Positions 63,925 to 64,000 of a stretch of DNA of 64,000 bases are shown here, in pieces (within the stretch, counting starts at the first letter, position 1; every line of letters starts with the position of its first letter). The notes under the pieces are model-generated. The model was given only the letters and a program-made list of their open reading frames with translations. It was not told the DNA's origin and searched no databases. The stretch lies in the NCBI GenBank assembly GCA_038087875.1, contig CM075988.1, positions 17,920,001 through 17,984,000 on the forward strand, in the 5' to 3' direction. A program made the position numbers and the translations under genes. The stretch comes from Malacoraja senta (taxonomy: Eukaryota).

Positions 63925-64000
63925 GTAGGTTTAATACTGTTTATCTTTGAAGTTAGATGGAGCACAGGGCCTGAAGAAAGTTTTGATCTACCTTGGTGTA

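Overview
Eukaryotic (vertebrate) genomic DNA, almost certainly a cartilaginous fish and probably a skate or ray. That assignment is inferred from the abundant HE1/V-SINE-like, CR1-like and Penelope-like repeats and from the alphaB-crystallin sequence. The window holds the conserved gene block ALG9 (-, first 3 coding exons), FDXACB1 (-, 5 coding exons), CFAP68/C11orf1 (+, 3 exons), CRYAB (-, 3 exons) and HSPB2 (+, 2 exons), in the same order and orientation as human 11q23. I traced splice sites and phases by hand. After a 200-N gap there is a CpG-island promoter with an RFX X-box and candidate exons of a gene I cannot identify. The most notable observations are: (1) apparent frameshifts in ALG9 (compensated, across exons 1-2) and FDXACB1 (truncating); (2) a ~105-aa Cys/Pro-rich C-terminal extension of CFAP68; (3) many minimal hammerhead-ribozyme motifs in Penelope-like repeat ends; (4) a template-switch-type inverted insertion in CFAP68 intron 1; (5) a ~135-bp fixed-length retroposon family with TSDs; and (6) a perfect heat-shock element plus TATA box at CRYAB. 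I found no convincing wholly new biological system. Repeat boundaries are approximate unless TSDs or TIRs are quoted. Human protein and exon-size comparisons are from memory.
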